DNA from: Ostrea edulis
Taxonomy: Eukaryota
Reading direction: 5' to 3'
Length of the DNA stretch: 64,000 nucleotides
Assembly (NCBI RefSeq): GCF_947568905.1
Contig: NC_079165.1
Location: 4,030,001-4,094,000, forward strand
Shown here: piece by piece, positions 12,801 through 25,600 of the stretch
Layout of the letters: each line of letters opens with the position of its first letter
Position numbering within the stretch: the stretch's first letter is position 1
Position numbers and translations under genes: made by a program
The notes under the pieces: model-generated
Seen by the model: only the letters and a program-made list of their open reading frames with translations
Databases searched by the model: none
Told to the model about the DNA's origin: nothing

Positions 12801-13994
12801 ACATGACTGAAGACCTAAAATAGGGGGTCCTTCTGTATCGACAACATAGAACTCGAGGTTCTGTGACCTTTGACCTACTGTGCACGACAGACGACAAACA
12901 CCTAATGTGCGTAGTTGACCACCATCATAAGCTGACAGTTTACGCTGGGGACTACGAAGGATGTCAAGTGATTCTAGCTTATTGTAGACCTTTTCAGGCA
13001 ATATATTTGCTTGAGAACCAGTATCAAGTTTGAAATCTACAGGGAAGGATTTTGGACCGATATTTACCTTGGCAAAAGCCTGTTGATTTTTTATATGATC
13101 ATAATTTGACTCTATACTATCAATGTAGAAATCAGATTCAGTGTCAGACTCGGGGCATGCTGTAACTTCATGAACAGACTTTGATTTGTGCACAGAGCGA
13201 CACACTTTGGAGAAGTGATTCCACTTGTTACAGTTATCACAGCGTTTCCCCTTTGCTGGACAGACGTCAGCTTTTTTGTGAGTGTATCCACAGTTGCCAC
13301 ATGTAGAAGATCCTGAATTCTTCTGTTGGTTCTGCTGTTTGGATGAACGTCGATGATTGGAGTTACGGTTCTTGTATTTCGCATCACTTGGTTCCGAATT
13401 CGATCTGCTTCCTGTGCGAGACGGTTTGGACACTGCATGCACTTCGGCATTATGCGGCGACATCAAGCGTAATTGCTCTTGGGAGTATTCGTAACTCTGG
13501 CTAATTTCAATAGCTTTAACAAGTGTCAGTTTTTCTCCCTCATTTATGAGTCTCTCTCTCACCTTCGTAGATGACGTACCAAACACAATGCGGTCACGCA
13601 CCATCTCATCAGGGTCTCCGTAATTACAGTCTTGTACATGTAGTTTCAGACGTGTAACAAATTGTTCAGTAGTGTCACTGTTTTGAAGAATGTTATTGAA
13701 TTTGTACCTCGCAAAAACAGGGTTCAATTTGGGCTGGACATACGACTTGAATTTGTTAAAGTACACATTCAAAGTTTTTGCGTGCTCGGCTGAAAGTTCC
13801 GGCCAAGTGTTAAATACATCTCTGCCCTTGTCACCAACCCATAATAAGAGATACTTGCATTTTATTTCCTCGTCCTTGTCCTTTAAAGGCCCGTCGAAAA
13901 TAAGTTGCACATGTTGTTGAAATTTCTTCCACGCTTCTGGGAGATTGGTGCTATCCCAGTCCATTTTGGGCGTCGGAATGCCGGTCAAATCCAT
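9900..13994 (-). CDS. Gag-Pol polyprotein, 1364 aa
   Basis: Two zinc knuckles (CGNCGYTH..C, CDNCNKWNHFSKVC), protease LDTGS, RT (LDARSGYW, LPFGL, IVDD), RNase H (VDAS, EKE, TDHKPL, ADTLSR), integrase HHCC and DDE (TDLF, SDNGPQY, AER), in Gypsy order PR-RT-RH-IN. Confidence 0.97.
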   Translation of the reverse strand: MDLTGIPTPKMDWDSTNLPEAWKKFQQHVQLIFDGPLKDKDEEIKCKYLLLWVGDKGRDVFNTWPELSAEHAKTLNVYFNKFKSYVQPKLNPVFARYKFNNILQNSDTTEQFVTRLKLHVQDCNYGDPDEMVRDRIVFGTSSTKVRERLINEGEKLTLVKAIEISQSYEYSQEQLRLMSPHNAEVHAVSKPSRTGSRSNSEPSDAKYKNRNSNHRRSSKQQNQQKNSGSSTCGNCGYTHKKADVCPAKGKRCDNCNKWNHFSKVCRSVHKSKSVHEVTACPESDTESDFYIDSIESNYDHIKNQQAFAKVNIGPKSFPVDFKLDTGSQANILPEKVYNKLESLDILRSPQRKLSAYDGGQLRTLGVCRLSCTVGQRSQNLEFYVVDTEGPPILGLQSCLSFELIKLVYSVETVVPDSDVKVHCPDKSVHKHEPDGHSQFSSLDNEVILKRYSDVFSGIGLFPGEIKIYIDQNAVPVVHPPRRVPFAIRDKLKSELERMEQASIIAKVTEPTKWVNSLVVVEKRSGKLRICLDPQDLNKAILRPHYPMHTLDDILPQLSGAKFFTKLDARSGYWALKLDEESSFLTTFNTPFGRYRFHRLPFGLKSSQDEFQRKIDECFEGLSGVVAIVDDILVFGSSRAEHDQNLRSVLARARDKGIRFNEDKLEVGVTELSYFGHVISSQGLKPDPLKVNAVSNMKPPQNKAELETILGMVNYLAKFAPNLSEITSPMRKLLNKDVQFSWDHPQERAFNEVKKVITQCPGRVLAYYDPGKEVTLQVDASKFGLGATLMQDKRPIAFASKSLTSTEVNYAQIEKEMLAILFGCKHFHQYVYGHSVRVETDHKPLVSIVKKPISAAPPRLQRMLLQLQRYDIDLYHLPGKSIPVADTLSRKFLPDTYPHISEGLDLQVHSVLSSLPISERKLEAIRSATCRDEQLSTLAEIILNGWPESRKECSPCVVEYWNHRDELSFVSGLILKGNKIVMPKSLRTEMLEKIHAGHMGIDKCLSRARDIMFWPKMSSDIQNLVSSCKICLESRRSNQKEPLISHEIPDYPWQIVATDLFAFEGQDYLVVVDYLSRYFEYTKLRSTSSSMIINELKSIFARFGIPEKVVSDNGPQYSSYEFEDFSKKWNFDHITSSPRYPQSNGLAERTVQTVKRLLKKTRKSGTDPLLAVLEYRTTPLSDTGCSPSQVLMSKKLRSVIPCLPVQLVPETPNLPKIKSLMRSSRLEQKNHYDVKAKPLKPLVLNETVRIQGENKSWKPAVVVDKHNTRSYTVRTADGAQYTRNRRHLLKTNEPDLSQVSMFESFPNVLDNQNSSPMVTNNHDHENLEVEKSDINSPLKSKNDSSQGCYITRSGRAVKPKTIVSM

Positions 13995-14033
13995 TTTGAA
14001 GTGTTGACAGGATTCTCTCTGTAAATCTGGTTT

Positions 14034-14046
14034 ACTTCTGACACCA
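14034..14046 (-). other. Primer binding site TGGTGTCAGAAGT
   Basis: Directly follows the 5' LTR and is complementary to a tRNA-Leu type 3' end (ACUUCUGACACCA). Confidence 0.8.
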
Positions 14047-14224
14047 TGTAATAGTGTGCGCAGGGCTCATGCCATGAGCCTTATGGAGGAACAAAAACAA
14101 CGTGCTCCTAACTGTAATTTTTATTAATGACCAACATGTGTGGGTCCACACGGGGTCCCGGATATATACAAAACATGTAAGAGCGATAACTCTAAGTATG
14201 TACAATCACAAGTCAAATGTTACA
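14047..14224 (-). repeat. 5' LTR
   Basis: 178 bp, no difference from 9705-9882 seen by eye. Confidence 0.95.
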
Positions 14225-14697
14225 ATCAAAACAGAAGCTCATTATAGAGAGTTTATTATTTGTTTTGAAAACAAAGAGTGAGGTGTGTTATTGTTTACGA
14301 AGTTTTCAAATAAATGGATATTGATCTAAGTTTATTACATATATCACATCTCAAGTACATGTATACTTTAGATAAAATGTGTCATTTAAAAGTTAAAATT
14401 TGTGATTGTACAAAATGAAGATGCTTTGAATTACAAAAAAGAAAAAAACAACAACGTTTCACTGGCTTGTTTACATAAAAAGACTTGAGTCTAAAGTTGT
14501 TCATATAGCACTGAATCAAAGCTAAATTATAGCTCTTATCCTTGCATTCAGACGGTCCAAATTTGGTTGTCAACATTAAATGAGTTATATTTTTTATTTT
14601 TAACCAAAAACAAAAAACAAAAAAAACCCCACCAAATAAAAGGAGACATATTTCTTTAAAAACCGTGAACCAGTCCCTTTAACGTCCCTGTCGTAAA

Positions 14698-14919
14698 ATA
14701 AAAACAGTCACTGAATTATCCTTTCAAAAGAAGATTCGAATGACGTAATTGTTTATTTCTTGATATTAGAAAGTTGCAATAGTCTACAGTAGGTGTGTGG
14801 GCAACTGCTATGTCACTAATAAATAAAAATAGACAATAGGAACTCTTTAATGTTTGGAGATAAACAATTACGTCATGGGAGTCTTCATTTGAACGGAAAG
14901 TATTGTGACTGTTTTTATA
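14698..14919. mobile_element. Degenerate fold-back MITE
   Basis: Long imperfect inverted arms ATAAAAACAGTCAC..TGACGTAATTGTTTAT. Confidence 0.5.
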
Positions 14920-16176
14920 ATGGGATTTACATTGTACATACCTAAACGGAGTGTTACACCATTAATAGTTATAGAGAGTATGTTCAACCGTTATATAACT
15001 TACCTGAAGCAAATAGTAGTATTACGCAAGCGTACACAAACTGCTAGAACCGGAGTAAGGTGAGTGTGAATTTTCAAACTTGAATTAAGTTGTGTGGAAT
15101 CAATTTTTTTAAAGTCACGTTTTTGAATCTGTTAATATATTATATGAGTAGCATTGCAAGACATTTTCCGTGCGGTATTCAAAATTCTGAAAAGGTAAAA
15201 ACGTGTTTTATCGTGATAAAATAATTCTGCCTGTGATTGCAGAGGCAAAATCAGTGGTTTAATAAAATAAGACTTTGCTGTGTTTAAACAATACAATGCG
15301 GTTAACGAAAGAACAAGGTATTCTCTGGTCTTCTTAAGTCCCAGGTGACGAGCTAGCAGAATGTCGTTACCCAAAGATAACTTGATTCTTTTATCATTTA
15401 TTGATATATCGTTTATATTTTTTTTTCTTCAAAGAAAGAGTCATGATTGGTCTTAAACATGAAATTTTAAAATAATTTAGGGGAGGGGTGGGGGAACAAT
15501 CGACCCCCCCCCCCCCCCACTAAATCGGCTATATACATGTATCTAAACTTCAAAGAATGAACTACATGAAAATGTAGACGCTCTGCTCTGCATTTTGTAG
15601 TTATAAGGAAGTCTCAAGTTTCACAAAACGTAAATGTTATCCATGTATATGTAAGGATCACTTACTATAGATGACGCAATATAGCTTTATCCTTTAGGAA
15701 ATATTGACTTTATAAATATTGTTCAGGATTGCACTTCTTACGGAAGGAGTGTGACAGTTATTGAAATAGGAAAACCATTCTTGAGCAGCTTATTTTGACA
15801 TTATGTAATCCACATGATTAAATTTCAACAGAGGGTTTTTTTTTTCGTTGGATCGCGATCCTAGCTCTTTCCTTTAATCAAATGTGAAAAGGCGGGGGAG
15901 ACTTTACATCGGGGTATCGTGTCTTATCTAATGACCCACGTGCATGTACCTTATTTTATCATTTATCAGCTGTCGCCAGTCTACGCCAGTGTTACACAGA
16001 GAATAAAAAGAAACAAAAACCAAACAACCCCTCTTTTTCCGTACCCACAGAGAATTCGACCTGGAAACTGACCAATGAGAGACGAGCGAGTTATCAGTGG
16101 TGACACACAACATTCCGTCGAGTTAAATTCCTGGAACACTAAAAACCTTATTTTGATGTAAAATATTGTCACAAGG

Positions 16177-16597
16177 ATGCCTAAGGAGGTAAGCTTTTAT
16201 TTTTAAAGTGATGGGGTCGTGTGCTAGCTGTAGAAAATAAAGAACATCTCTAAATTACGATTTAATAAGGAATTTCGGGGGGAAAACTTAAATTGAAATT
16301 TATTTGTAATATAGTTTTTCCTCCTAATTTTCTCCATGTTTAGTTTCCTTTCCTAAAAACAAAATCTACAGAAACCGATAGGTGCCAGGGTATAGAATCA
16401 ATATTCATTTAACTGGCAGCCGCCAGTTAATTTAACTGGCGACCGCCACTTATTATTACCTGGCAGCCGCCATATAAAGTAACTGGCGGCCGCCACTTAT
16501 TATCTGGCGGCCAGTTAATTTATGTGGCGACCGCCAGTTAATTTATATGGCGGCCGCCACTCAATTCAAATTATTTATATGGCGGTGGCCAGTTATT

Positions 16598-16651
<54 letters not shown>

Positions 16652-19600
16652 ATGAAAGGGGTGCAATCCCTCCCCAATGCTTAGTAATATGCATGTGATC
16701 TATAATTAAGAGCATTAAATTATTGTTTTTCGATTGTGCTGCGTATTAGGCACGTAGAACCACTGGGCTGATCCTCCATTTTTTGACAACGTTCATTTTC
16801 TGTTATTTTCATATGAAAACTAAGTTATTTTCATATGTGAAATAAGATAAATTGGCGGATTGGTCCCCACTCCACTCTTTGATTGTAGTAATGAGTGGTA
16901 AAAATGTAATAATGAATGAACTGATCAATTGAAGGATGAACGAAGTCTCCTCCCTCAATTTAGGAATACGAAGTTAGGGGAATAGAGACATTTTAGGTTC
17001 CTTTTCTGCTTGTCAACAATTGTAGAAGATAATTTCTCCGACGACTGTCCCTACACTTTGAAAACGACACTGCGTGTTTGCGTACTATTCTAAATCTTTC
17101 CAAAATAATCACTCAGCAAAACGAATTAAATTGTTTTTGCAATTGGCAGTCGCCATGTATAAATTAAGTGGCGGCCAGCAGTTAATTTATATGGCGGCCG
17201 CCAGATAATAAGTGGCGGCCACCAGTTAAATAAATATTAATTCTATACCCTGGCACCTATCGGCTTCCGTAAAAATCTGAATTTTGGGGTGTTATCGAAG
17301 TGTTTGGTTTTATCGATTCCACCTTCATTGGGATTCACAATATTAAGGGTTCAAAGAAGAAAAACTGTTTTGATTTCCATTCAATGTAGCTTAATTTAAT
17401 CAATAAACAAAGAAAATTTATGTTGTCACCTTTTTAAGATGTCAGATATACATAAACAAAGGTATATATCAACATCAGAAAATTGTACACTTTTCGTTAA
17501 ACAATGTTTGGAAATACTTAAAACTTAGTTGAATGATAAAACTTTAATTTCAACACTTTAAAAAAACTGATAATGTATGAATGTACATAAATTAGGAAAA
17601 TCATTGTATTTAAAATAAACATAGAATAGAAAATAATATCAGGGGTCATTGCCCTTGACAATATTTTACTAATGATAAACTTTTTAAGTGTTAGATAGTT
17701 TACCAGATTTTATTTTTATTGTACCTAGTGAATAAAATCCCTTCAAAAGATATGTTTCTATCATGCACAAAGTTTAATTAATCAAATACGGTTGGGTGAA
17801 ACTACGAACTTGGCTTAAAACGCGTCTGCTCGTTTCCCTATTAATTCCCGATAACACTGCTATCTGCGATTTTGTACACTAACCCCTAATTAATCTTTGT
17901 ATCCTGCCCTAGCTAAACATTTCATTTTGGACATATTTTTTCTTCCTTGTTCTCCTGAAATCAAAGAGAAAGGACCTTTCTAGACAGCAACCAAAATACT
18001 TCGGAAACCCGATTTACAAGGCATGACGTAGTGTTGGACCTACTTAATAGTTCAATCCCCCCTATATTTATGATTCTAAATTTATATTGATTCCGCTAGT
18101 GTTACACCATGAACATTCCTAATCTTAACAATTATTCAATTTATTTCTTGGGCCGAAGCTCAGGGTTTGAGAGGGTAGTGACTTTTTTGCCAATATTCTT
18201 TGATCATCAATTAAAGAATTTAATAACAACTGAGGTTTTCCATGTCAAGAACCCTCACTGTTTTGTATAAATAGCAGGTCGATAAGAATGCGCAGAAGAC
18301 CCCCCAACCCAATTTTCGGAAATTTATAAATATAACACCCCCCACCCCCCAAATAATAATTGAAAATCAGAAGTTTTGGCTGACCTCTTCTGCATTAGCT
18401 GGTTATATATCACTTCTCAATATATCTGAAAAATACAGGCTTACATTTAAAATATTTAGCATATACAATGACCATGGGATATCAATCAAATGCGTTTACC
18501 AGCTTCCCAGGAATTCGGAAATTCGAATTAAATTGTTGAAAAAAAAGTAATCTAACTGGCAATTCACAAATTCATCGGACTTTGTTAACATAAAATCAGA
18601 TAGCGACAGCTTTTTGAGATACTAGAACATGTACACATTCATTTTGGTTCAAGAAATCATTTCTTGAAAACTAAACCTATATATATATATATATATAAAT
18701 ATATATAATAAAAATCTGACATCAATAAATAGCTTGTTGACATTTTTACTTTATTTATCAGCTGTCAACAGTGACAAATTTAAAGCCGTGGAATGACAGG
18801 TATATAGGTTGTTTTTAAGGAGGATATGTTTGTTGAGATAGGTGCAGTGAAACTGAAGTACAAGGTACCTAATCTCTAACTCTCTTGTCGCCATGCATGT
18901 TCTAATCAGATCAAATAAAATATTTCACAACACATTTTACCTGGTGTTTATATCGTATCTATAGTTTGTGTTGATTATCTCTAAGGCTTACTAATAATGC
19001 AAAGTGTTTGTTAGAATCTTTTCAAATCAATTTTCATAATAAATATGCAAAAATTAAATGAACGTTTACGAACATTTAAGTTTTACCGCAGGTTCTATAC
19101 ACATGTATAGATAATTTTCGGTCTGCTTTCTCTCTGTGTCGATAGAATGGGAGGAGGGAGTGGGGGGGGGGGGTGGATTTTGATATATTGACGAAGTGTT
19201 TATATTAACGAGTGACGTAACCTCTGTTTATACAGACTAGACGTCCAGGACCCTCGCAGTTTGTATCTCGGTTATCAGCTATACGTTTGTTTACGACTGA
19301 ATGTACCAGACCACTTACATGACCCTAAGATTAAAAACAAAGACAAACTTCCTTTCCACCCCATATCATATCAATCAAATAAAATCAGAAGGTAGAGAGT
19401 GTGTTGAAGAATGCTTATTGATCAAAAGTTCAATCAGTAATTGGCATAAAATTATAAACATACAGGACAATCAAATATAAATTTAACCTTGTACAAAAAC
19501 TTCTTTTCAGAAACAGTTACATGCATCATCATCAGTTACATGTATCATCATATTACGAAGGTCCATTGAGATAATTTTTTGTAGCATAAAATACAATTTC

Positions 19601-22600
19601 GCGGTATAACGCGAAACTTTCGCGAATAAGCGCGTAAATAAGTAAGTTTAAAGTAAGAACTATATACACACGCGAATACGCCTACATTTTACACATACAT
19701 ATTTGAGAATTTTTGGCATATATGCTATAAAAGTTTTTATTGAATGCAAAGCAGAATTCATATTTGTTATTGATTAATACCAGTGTTGCTTAGCTAACAA
19801 CATATTTTGATAATTGGGGTATAAAATTTCGGTCATTGAATTAAGCCTTAAAATGTCATAGAACATCGAAGTACTATTGGATTATCAACCACTAAATCTC
19901 TGAATTTTTGTTATGTTATTAAGTAAACAATGCTTAATTTACATTTGCTTTTGAAACATTTGATAACCTGAAATACCCCCCAGATTGTCACTAGAAAGCA
20001 CTTGGTCACCTAAGTTCTTTCAATAATAAATGAATCCACACTTTTCAAAAGTTATGTCCCTTGGCTACCATGTTTTGGAAAAAACTCATAGAATTCTCAC
20101 AGCAACCTTTGTAACTAACTATTTTATGATTTTGTCATGCTTTTGGTTTGGTTTTAACATGGTTTATCGTGAAAGACCTCTCCTATGTGACAACTAATAT
20201 CACAAAATATGTACATCAGAATTAAAGGTCAATAAGATGATCTTCTTAAAGCAGGCAAATTATATCAAGAGATATGCATATACAAAATTACAAAGTACAG
20301 CTGGACAAGTTTGTTGTTAATTTTCTTCATAGTAATCATGCTACTTTTTTAATATTGAGCGCATTCAATCCGTGTTTATAAACAAAATATACGCTTTATA
20401 ATGTAAAGGTTTCGTGTTATAACGCGCAATTTTCGCGCTATAACGCAAAAGTTACGCGTTTTTTCGCGAAAGTCTCGCGTTATTAACGTGTTAATTCGCG
20501 AAAGGTTCGCGTAACAACGCAAAAATTACGTGTTAATTCTCGAAAGTTTCGCGTTACAACTAGAAACTCGCATTTTACGGTTGTTTGTCTGATACGTAAC
20601 AGTGGCCGATTTAGAGGGGCGTGACGTGATTTACAACCCCATTTGGACAAACCATTTTAGCAATTATTTTGCCATTGTCGAAAAGGGTACAAACTTGAAT
20701 CAGACCCCCTCCAAGGGGCCCTGGATACAACAGAGGTGAGATCATGTGCCTAAGGGGAGTAAGCATTCCCTGTCGACCGGTCACATCCTCCGTGAGCCCT
20801 ATATCTTGATCAGAAAAACGAAGTAATCAGTAGTCAAAATCTAGGAGGAGTAAGCTAAAACTTCATGATTCCATTATTTTCATTCCACCAGAATCCAAGC
20901 AAATTAGACAATTTGAATTTTACTTGCATAATATTTTAAACAGTATAACATTTTAACAGTCTCGTTTAAAGTCAGTATTTCGCAAATTCTATGGTCGTAA
21001 TAACGATCTAGTTTGCCAATACAACCTATCATTGGGTCTAATGCTGTCTGACGTGTTTCATACCGATTGTTAGGCCGTTCTTGGCACACTAATTTTGACT
21101 ACGGATAACTCCGTTTGCCTGATCAAGATATAGGGCTCACGGTGGGTGTGACCGGTCTACAGGGGGTGCGTACTCCTCCTAGGCGTCTGATCTCACCTCT
21201 GGTGTGTCCAGGGGTTCTTATTTGTCCAACTCTTTATTCTATATTGCTTATGGGAGTTTTGAGATTGATCACTGTTTGTTATCTTCACATTTCACTTGTC
21301 GTGTTTTTTTGTTTTTTTTAACATCATTTTTTTTTAATTTATTGATTAATTGATTTATTTATTTGACTTTTTTGGATTAATTTCTATTGAAATCAATTTA
21401 TTTGTATTCGCTTTATTGAATACACATAGTTAAATCCGATTTATTGATTTTCTGCCATCTGTCCGCGTAAGAATATCAGTTCGCGACCTACTTTGCGGCT
21501 TTGTTGAAAAACATGTTTTTCTATTTATTTTTACTATTTATTTGAATAAGCATGATAAATAACACTTACCCATTTCATTTGAAGGTTTACGTTTAGCGTT
21601 AAAGTTTGTCCTTAAGTATTGGACGATTTCCTTTTACTATCGTTCAGCTGTTATGGTTAGTTAGATAACTTAAATTTCAATGATATCTATATTTCACGTA
21701 CTTGAAATACCACACATAAAAAAAAAATACAGAAAAATATAAATACTTATTAAAATGTTTTTCTTCGGTTTGTTAAACGGGAGATGAAAGTGACAAAATA
21801 TTGAAGAAAAACGCGGGTTATGCATCTTTCTTTTTGTCAATGTGTTGCGACCTTCATCTCGACCGTTTCACAAACCAAAGAAAAACATTTGATTATTCAA
21901 ATAAGAACATACCGGTACTTGTGAAATCCGTATTATATTCGGTGTAAAGAGGAATTCGATGAGTCGGACACAAACACTCCGTGTCACACAATACCTTGCA
22001 AAATGCCTTTACTGTAATTAGTTGGGTTTTCTTTTTCAGGCAAAGAGAGCTGGCTGGTCCAATCCGATTGAATTTGTCTTGACCCTAATTGGGTTTGCCG
22101 TGGGTTTGGGGAATGTTTGGAGATTTCCTTACCTCGCTTACAAAAATGGGGGAGGTATGCTTAAATACAGAAATATTTACAATATCATGTTTATACGATT
22201 CATTTTTAACTTAACAAAATGAAGTCCCGTGAACAACTTGTCATTACGAGAAGACGGTCTCACATGGCCAGAATACGACTTTATCATACACCCAACATTG
22301 ACGCTTGAGGACTGGACCCTTCTCTCCCCCCAGCCCTCACGATTTACGCACAACTAATTATATACAGTAGGCAGATAAAGTAATTCAGTTAAAATTTATT
22401 TTGATCATAATAATTATTTTTACATAGGTATATTTTCTTGGGAGGAGGCGGGGTATCCTGACCCCAAGTGTCTATGTATGATAAAGTTGTATTCCGGGGT
22501 GCAGATCAAATATTCCGTGAATGTTTAATTTTTATTACTAAGGACGTTATGCAAAGAAATTTATAGATTTATCATGAAAATGAAGTAAATAGATTTTCTG

Positions 22601-25600
22601 ACAAGCTTCCACCTGCGAAATATATGACATTTTGTTTCTAGAAATACAATTTACTTTTCGAGTAAGATTAGATATTTTTTGGAAGTAATATACAATCTAA
22701 TTAACAGAATTCTGCATTTACAGGTGCTTTTCTCATCCCATATTTCGTTTGCTTGCTGCTGATTGGAATTCCACTTTTCTTTCTTGAACTGTCATTTGGA
22801 CAGTTTGCTAGTTTGGGCCCAATAAAGATATGGATTGTGAATCCTGCATTCAAAGGTATAAACTTTTACAGATTGCATACAATGTACATTCAACACATGA
22901 AATCCATTTAAAATAAACACTTTAAAATCCATAATTGTACATTATCGTCCAGCCTCAAATTTTTTCAATTGTTGTTGTTTATTAGTCAAAAGTAAATACA
23001 GCTTATAGACATAGTATACAATGTAATAAATCCAAAATCATATAAAGATCAAGAAAGAATAGAAATTGTGCTTATACATTGGTATTGTTAATTTCAAAGG
23101 AATTCTTAATTTTACCCAAGTTACATAATTCCTTTACATTCTTTGTCGATAATAGTTGAATTAATTTAAAGACAGAGGGTCTGATATAACAATACTTTTT
23201 CAAAAATTGGATTCTTAAATGACTGTAATAGATACACTTAAAGTAAAAATGAAACTCATCTTGTACATCTAAGGTACATAAAGGGCACAAACGTCTTTCT
23301 AAAGGAGCATTTTTGTATCTAGCGGTTTCAATAACTAACCAGTGAGACGATAATCTTAACTTACATATAAACTTTTTGTACTGCATAGGAATTCTTTTAG
23401 TTAAGTAGGATTGCAAAGTAAAATGGTTAATCAAATGTTTATAAATTCTACATTTTGAGGAAGATTTGATTTCAGAAAGTATTGTTTGTTTACAATTATC
23501 AAAAATACGTTGCTTAGCAACTGCAAACATGTATTGTGGCTTCAAAGTACATTGATTTAACCATAGGTTCATCAGTCCAACATTTGACAAAATACCTTTA
23601 ACATTTACTACCCAATTTTTACAGTTTTGTTTACTACTGAAATTACACGTAAGTTGCAAACCTCGGAATTTCATGTTCCTGTAATCTGAGATTCGGGGGC
23701 ATATATACCGGTATTTTTGGTTTGCCCGTCTGTCTGTCTGATTGTCAGCAAAGACTTTCACTTTGAATTGACAATAACCTTTAAATGGTTGGTGGTATAC
23801 CTTGTGGCAAGATCATTCTTTTGGAACCAAAAGTTTCGACTTTATGACCTTTACCGTCGGCTTTTACCTAATTTTGAACACTTTAACATAAGACATAACT
23901 TTTGAACGGTTAGTGCTAAATCTATCATATTTCACACGTGTACACCTTGTGACAACACCTGTCTTTGGGTACCAATGTTTTTTAATCTCGTGACCTTGAC
24001 TTCGGGTTTGGCCTTCTTTTACAATACTTTAACTTTGGCCATAATCAATTTAGCTGTCATAAGGGGGCATCAGTCTTTCACAAATACACCGTGTTTTTCC
24101 ATAGCTATTAGTTTACATTATTTCTTTTGGAACTTCACAGGTCTGGGGTTTGCCATGACCATTATATCAGCATTGATTGCCCTATACTACAACGTCGTGA
24201 TAGCTTGGTGCTTATTCTACCTGTTCGCTTCCATGACATCACACTTGCCCTGGCAGGATTGTTACAACGATTGGAACACGTGCTTGTGTTCCGATAAAAC
24301 CACGAATTTTTCCAGTTCTGATCCATGGAGCGGGAAAAAACCAGAATGCTGTAATCAAATTATCCTCATATTTTTTTTTTTATTATGTTATATTTTATAC
24401 AATTCGCGTACGAGGAATATCCACAAGTTTGACGGGCAATTCAGGATCACCGTAATATTTCTCACATAATTCCACGTCTGACCAAATACGTCGCCATAGC
24501 CAACACGTCAAAAGGCAATCCTCGGATGATTCCGTTACGCTTCGGCTACACTTCACTTCAGTCAATCGTAACTACTCGCCTATTCCCCTAACTGCAAATT
24601 AACCATGTATGTAGTTCGACGCCATCAGAATCAGTTGCTATGTGGACATAAATGTAAGTATGACGTCACAGTCGTACTTTACAATATGAAACGCAACTGC
24701 ATTTAAGATATCATACATATCTAAGGTATTCTACCACTATCAATGTCCACTTTTATGTTTGTCTATTATGATGAATAAGACGTTAATGATACATAAACTG
24801 AATTTGTAATGGGAATCAAAATATCATATTATACAAGGATTCGGTTCTCGCCTTCATCCACAGGCGCTCTTCCGGCGAAGAAATGCGTCTTAGCGCCGAT
24901 CCACGTCAGAGTCATATTACCTGTTAGGAAAAGGACGAGCGCGTGATCCGATTGCACTTCTGTGTGCGAAGTACGAGCCATGCGAGGAATTCCGAGTGGT
25001 CAACTGCTACAAGACACTCGAAGCGTAACGAAATCACCCGAGGATTGCTGATTGTCTACGAGCAAAGAATAGATGAGTTTTCCCTGATTCAAGTAAACAC
25101 AAAAGGTGAAAATATATCATGTGACGGAATCTAATCATGACGTGTCGGACATTATGACGTATTTTATCAGTTGTGAAATTCACCGAATCATTGAATCAAT
25201 ACTATGTCTGTGATCCGTGAAGGGTTCTGTTTATCTGTGTGCACCAACATGAGGTGTGAATCATGTGACGGAATCTAATCATGACGTGTCGGACATAATG
25301 ACGTATTTTATCAGTTGTGAAATTCACCGAATCATTGAATCAATACTATGTCTGTGATCCGTGAAGGGTTCTGTTTATCTGTGTGCACCAGCATGAGGTG
25401 TGAATAACTCTCTGACGATGATGCAACATGTCTACTATTGACTCTTCACGATTAAAAGTTTTAGCAAATGTTGGATGATGAGTATTTTTCACTTTCCCAT
25501 TATTTGCAGTGCCCGATCTTCCGAATATTGTTAACGCCTCTAAGAAAACCCCAAGTTCGGAGTATTTCAGGTAAAGTACATTCATTGTTGCTGGAGTGAA

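Larger units (their letters stand above)
9705..14224 (-). mobile_element. Full-length Ty3/Gypsy LTR retrotransposon (Mag-like), 4520 bp
   Basis: Two 178-bp LTRs (TG..CA) identical by eye, 5-bp TSD ATCAA (9700-9704, 14225-14229), PBS, PPT and an intact gag-pol ORF. Confidence 0.97.
9594..14678. mobile_element. Non-autonomous TIR element (Kolobok-like, about 560 bp when empty) interrupted by the Gypsy element
   Basis: TTAA|AGGGACTGATTCACG ... CGTGAACCAGTCCCT|TTAA. TTAA duplication with purine termini is the Kolobok pattern. Confidence 0.6.

Noticed and set aside
10912-13920. Short ORFs overlapping gag-pol on the other strand or frame
   Set aside because: Expected shadow ORFs of a long coding region, with no motifs
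19300-19391. Alternative first coding exon of the SLC6 gene
   Set aside because: The ATG frame meets the donor in phase 1 but the next exon needs phase 0; it could only be a UTR exon
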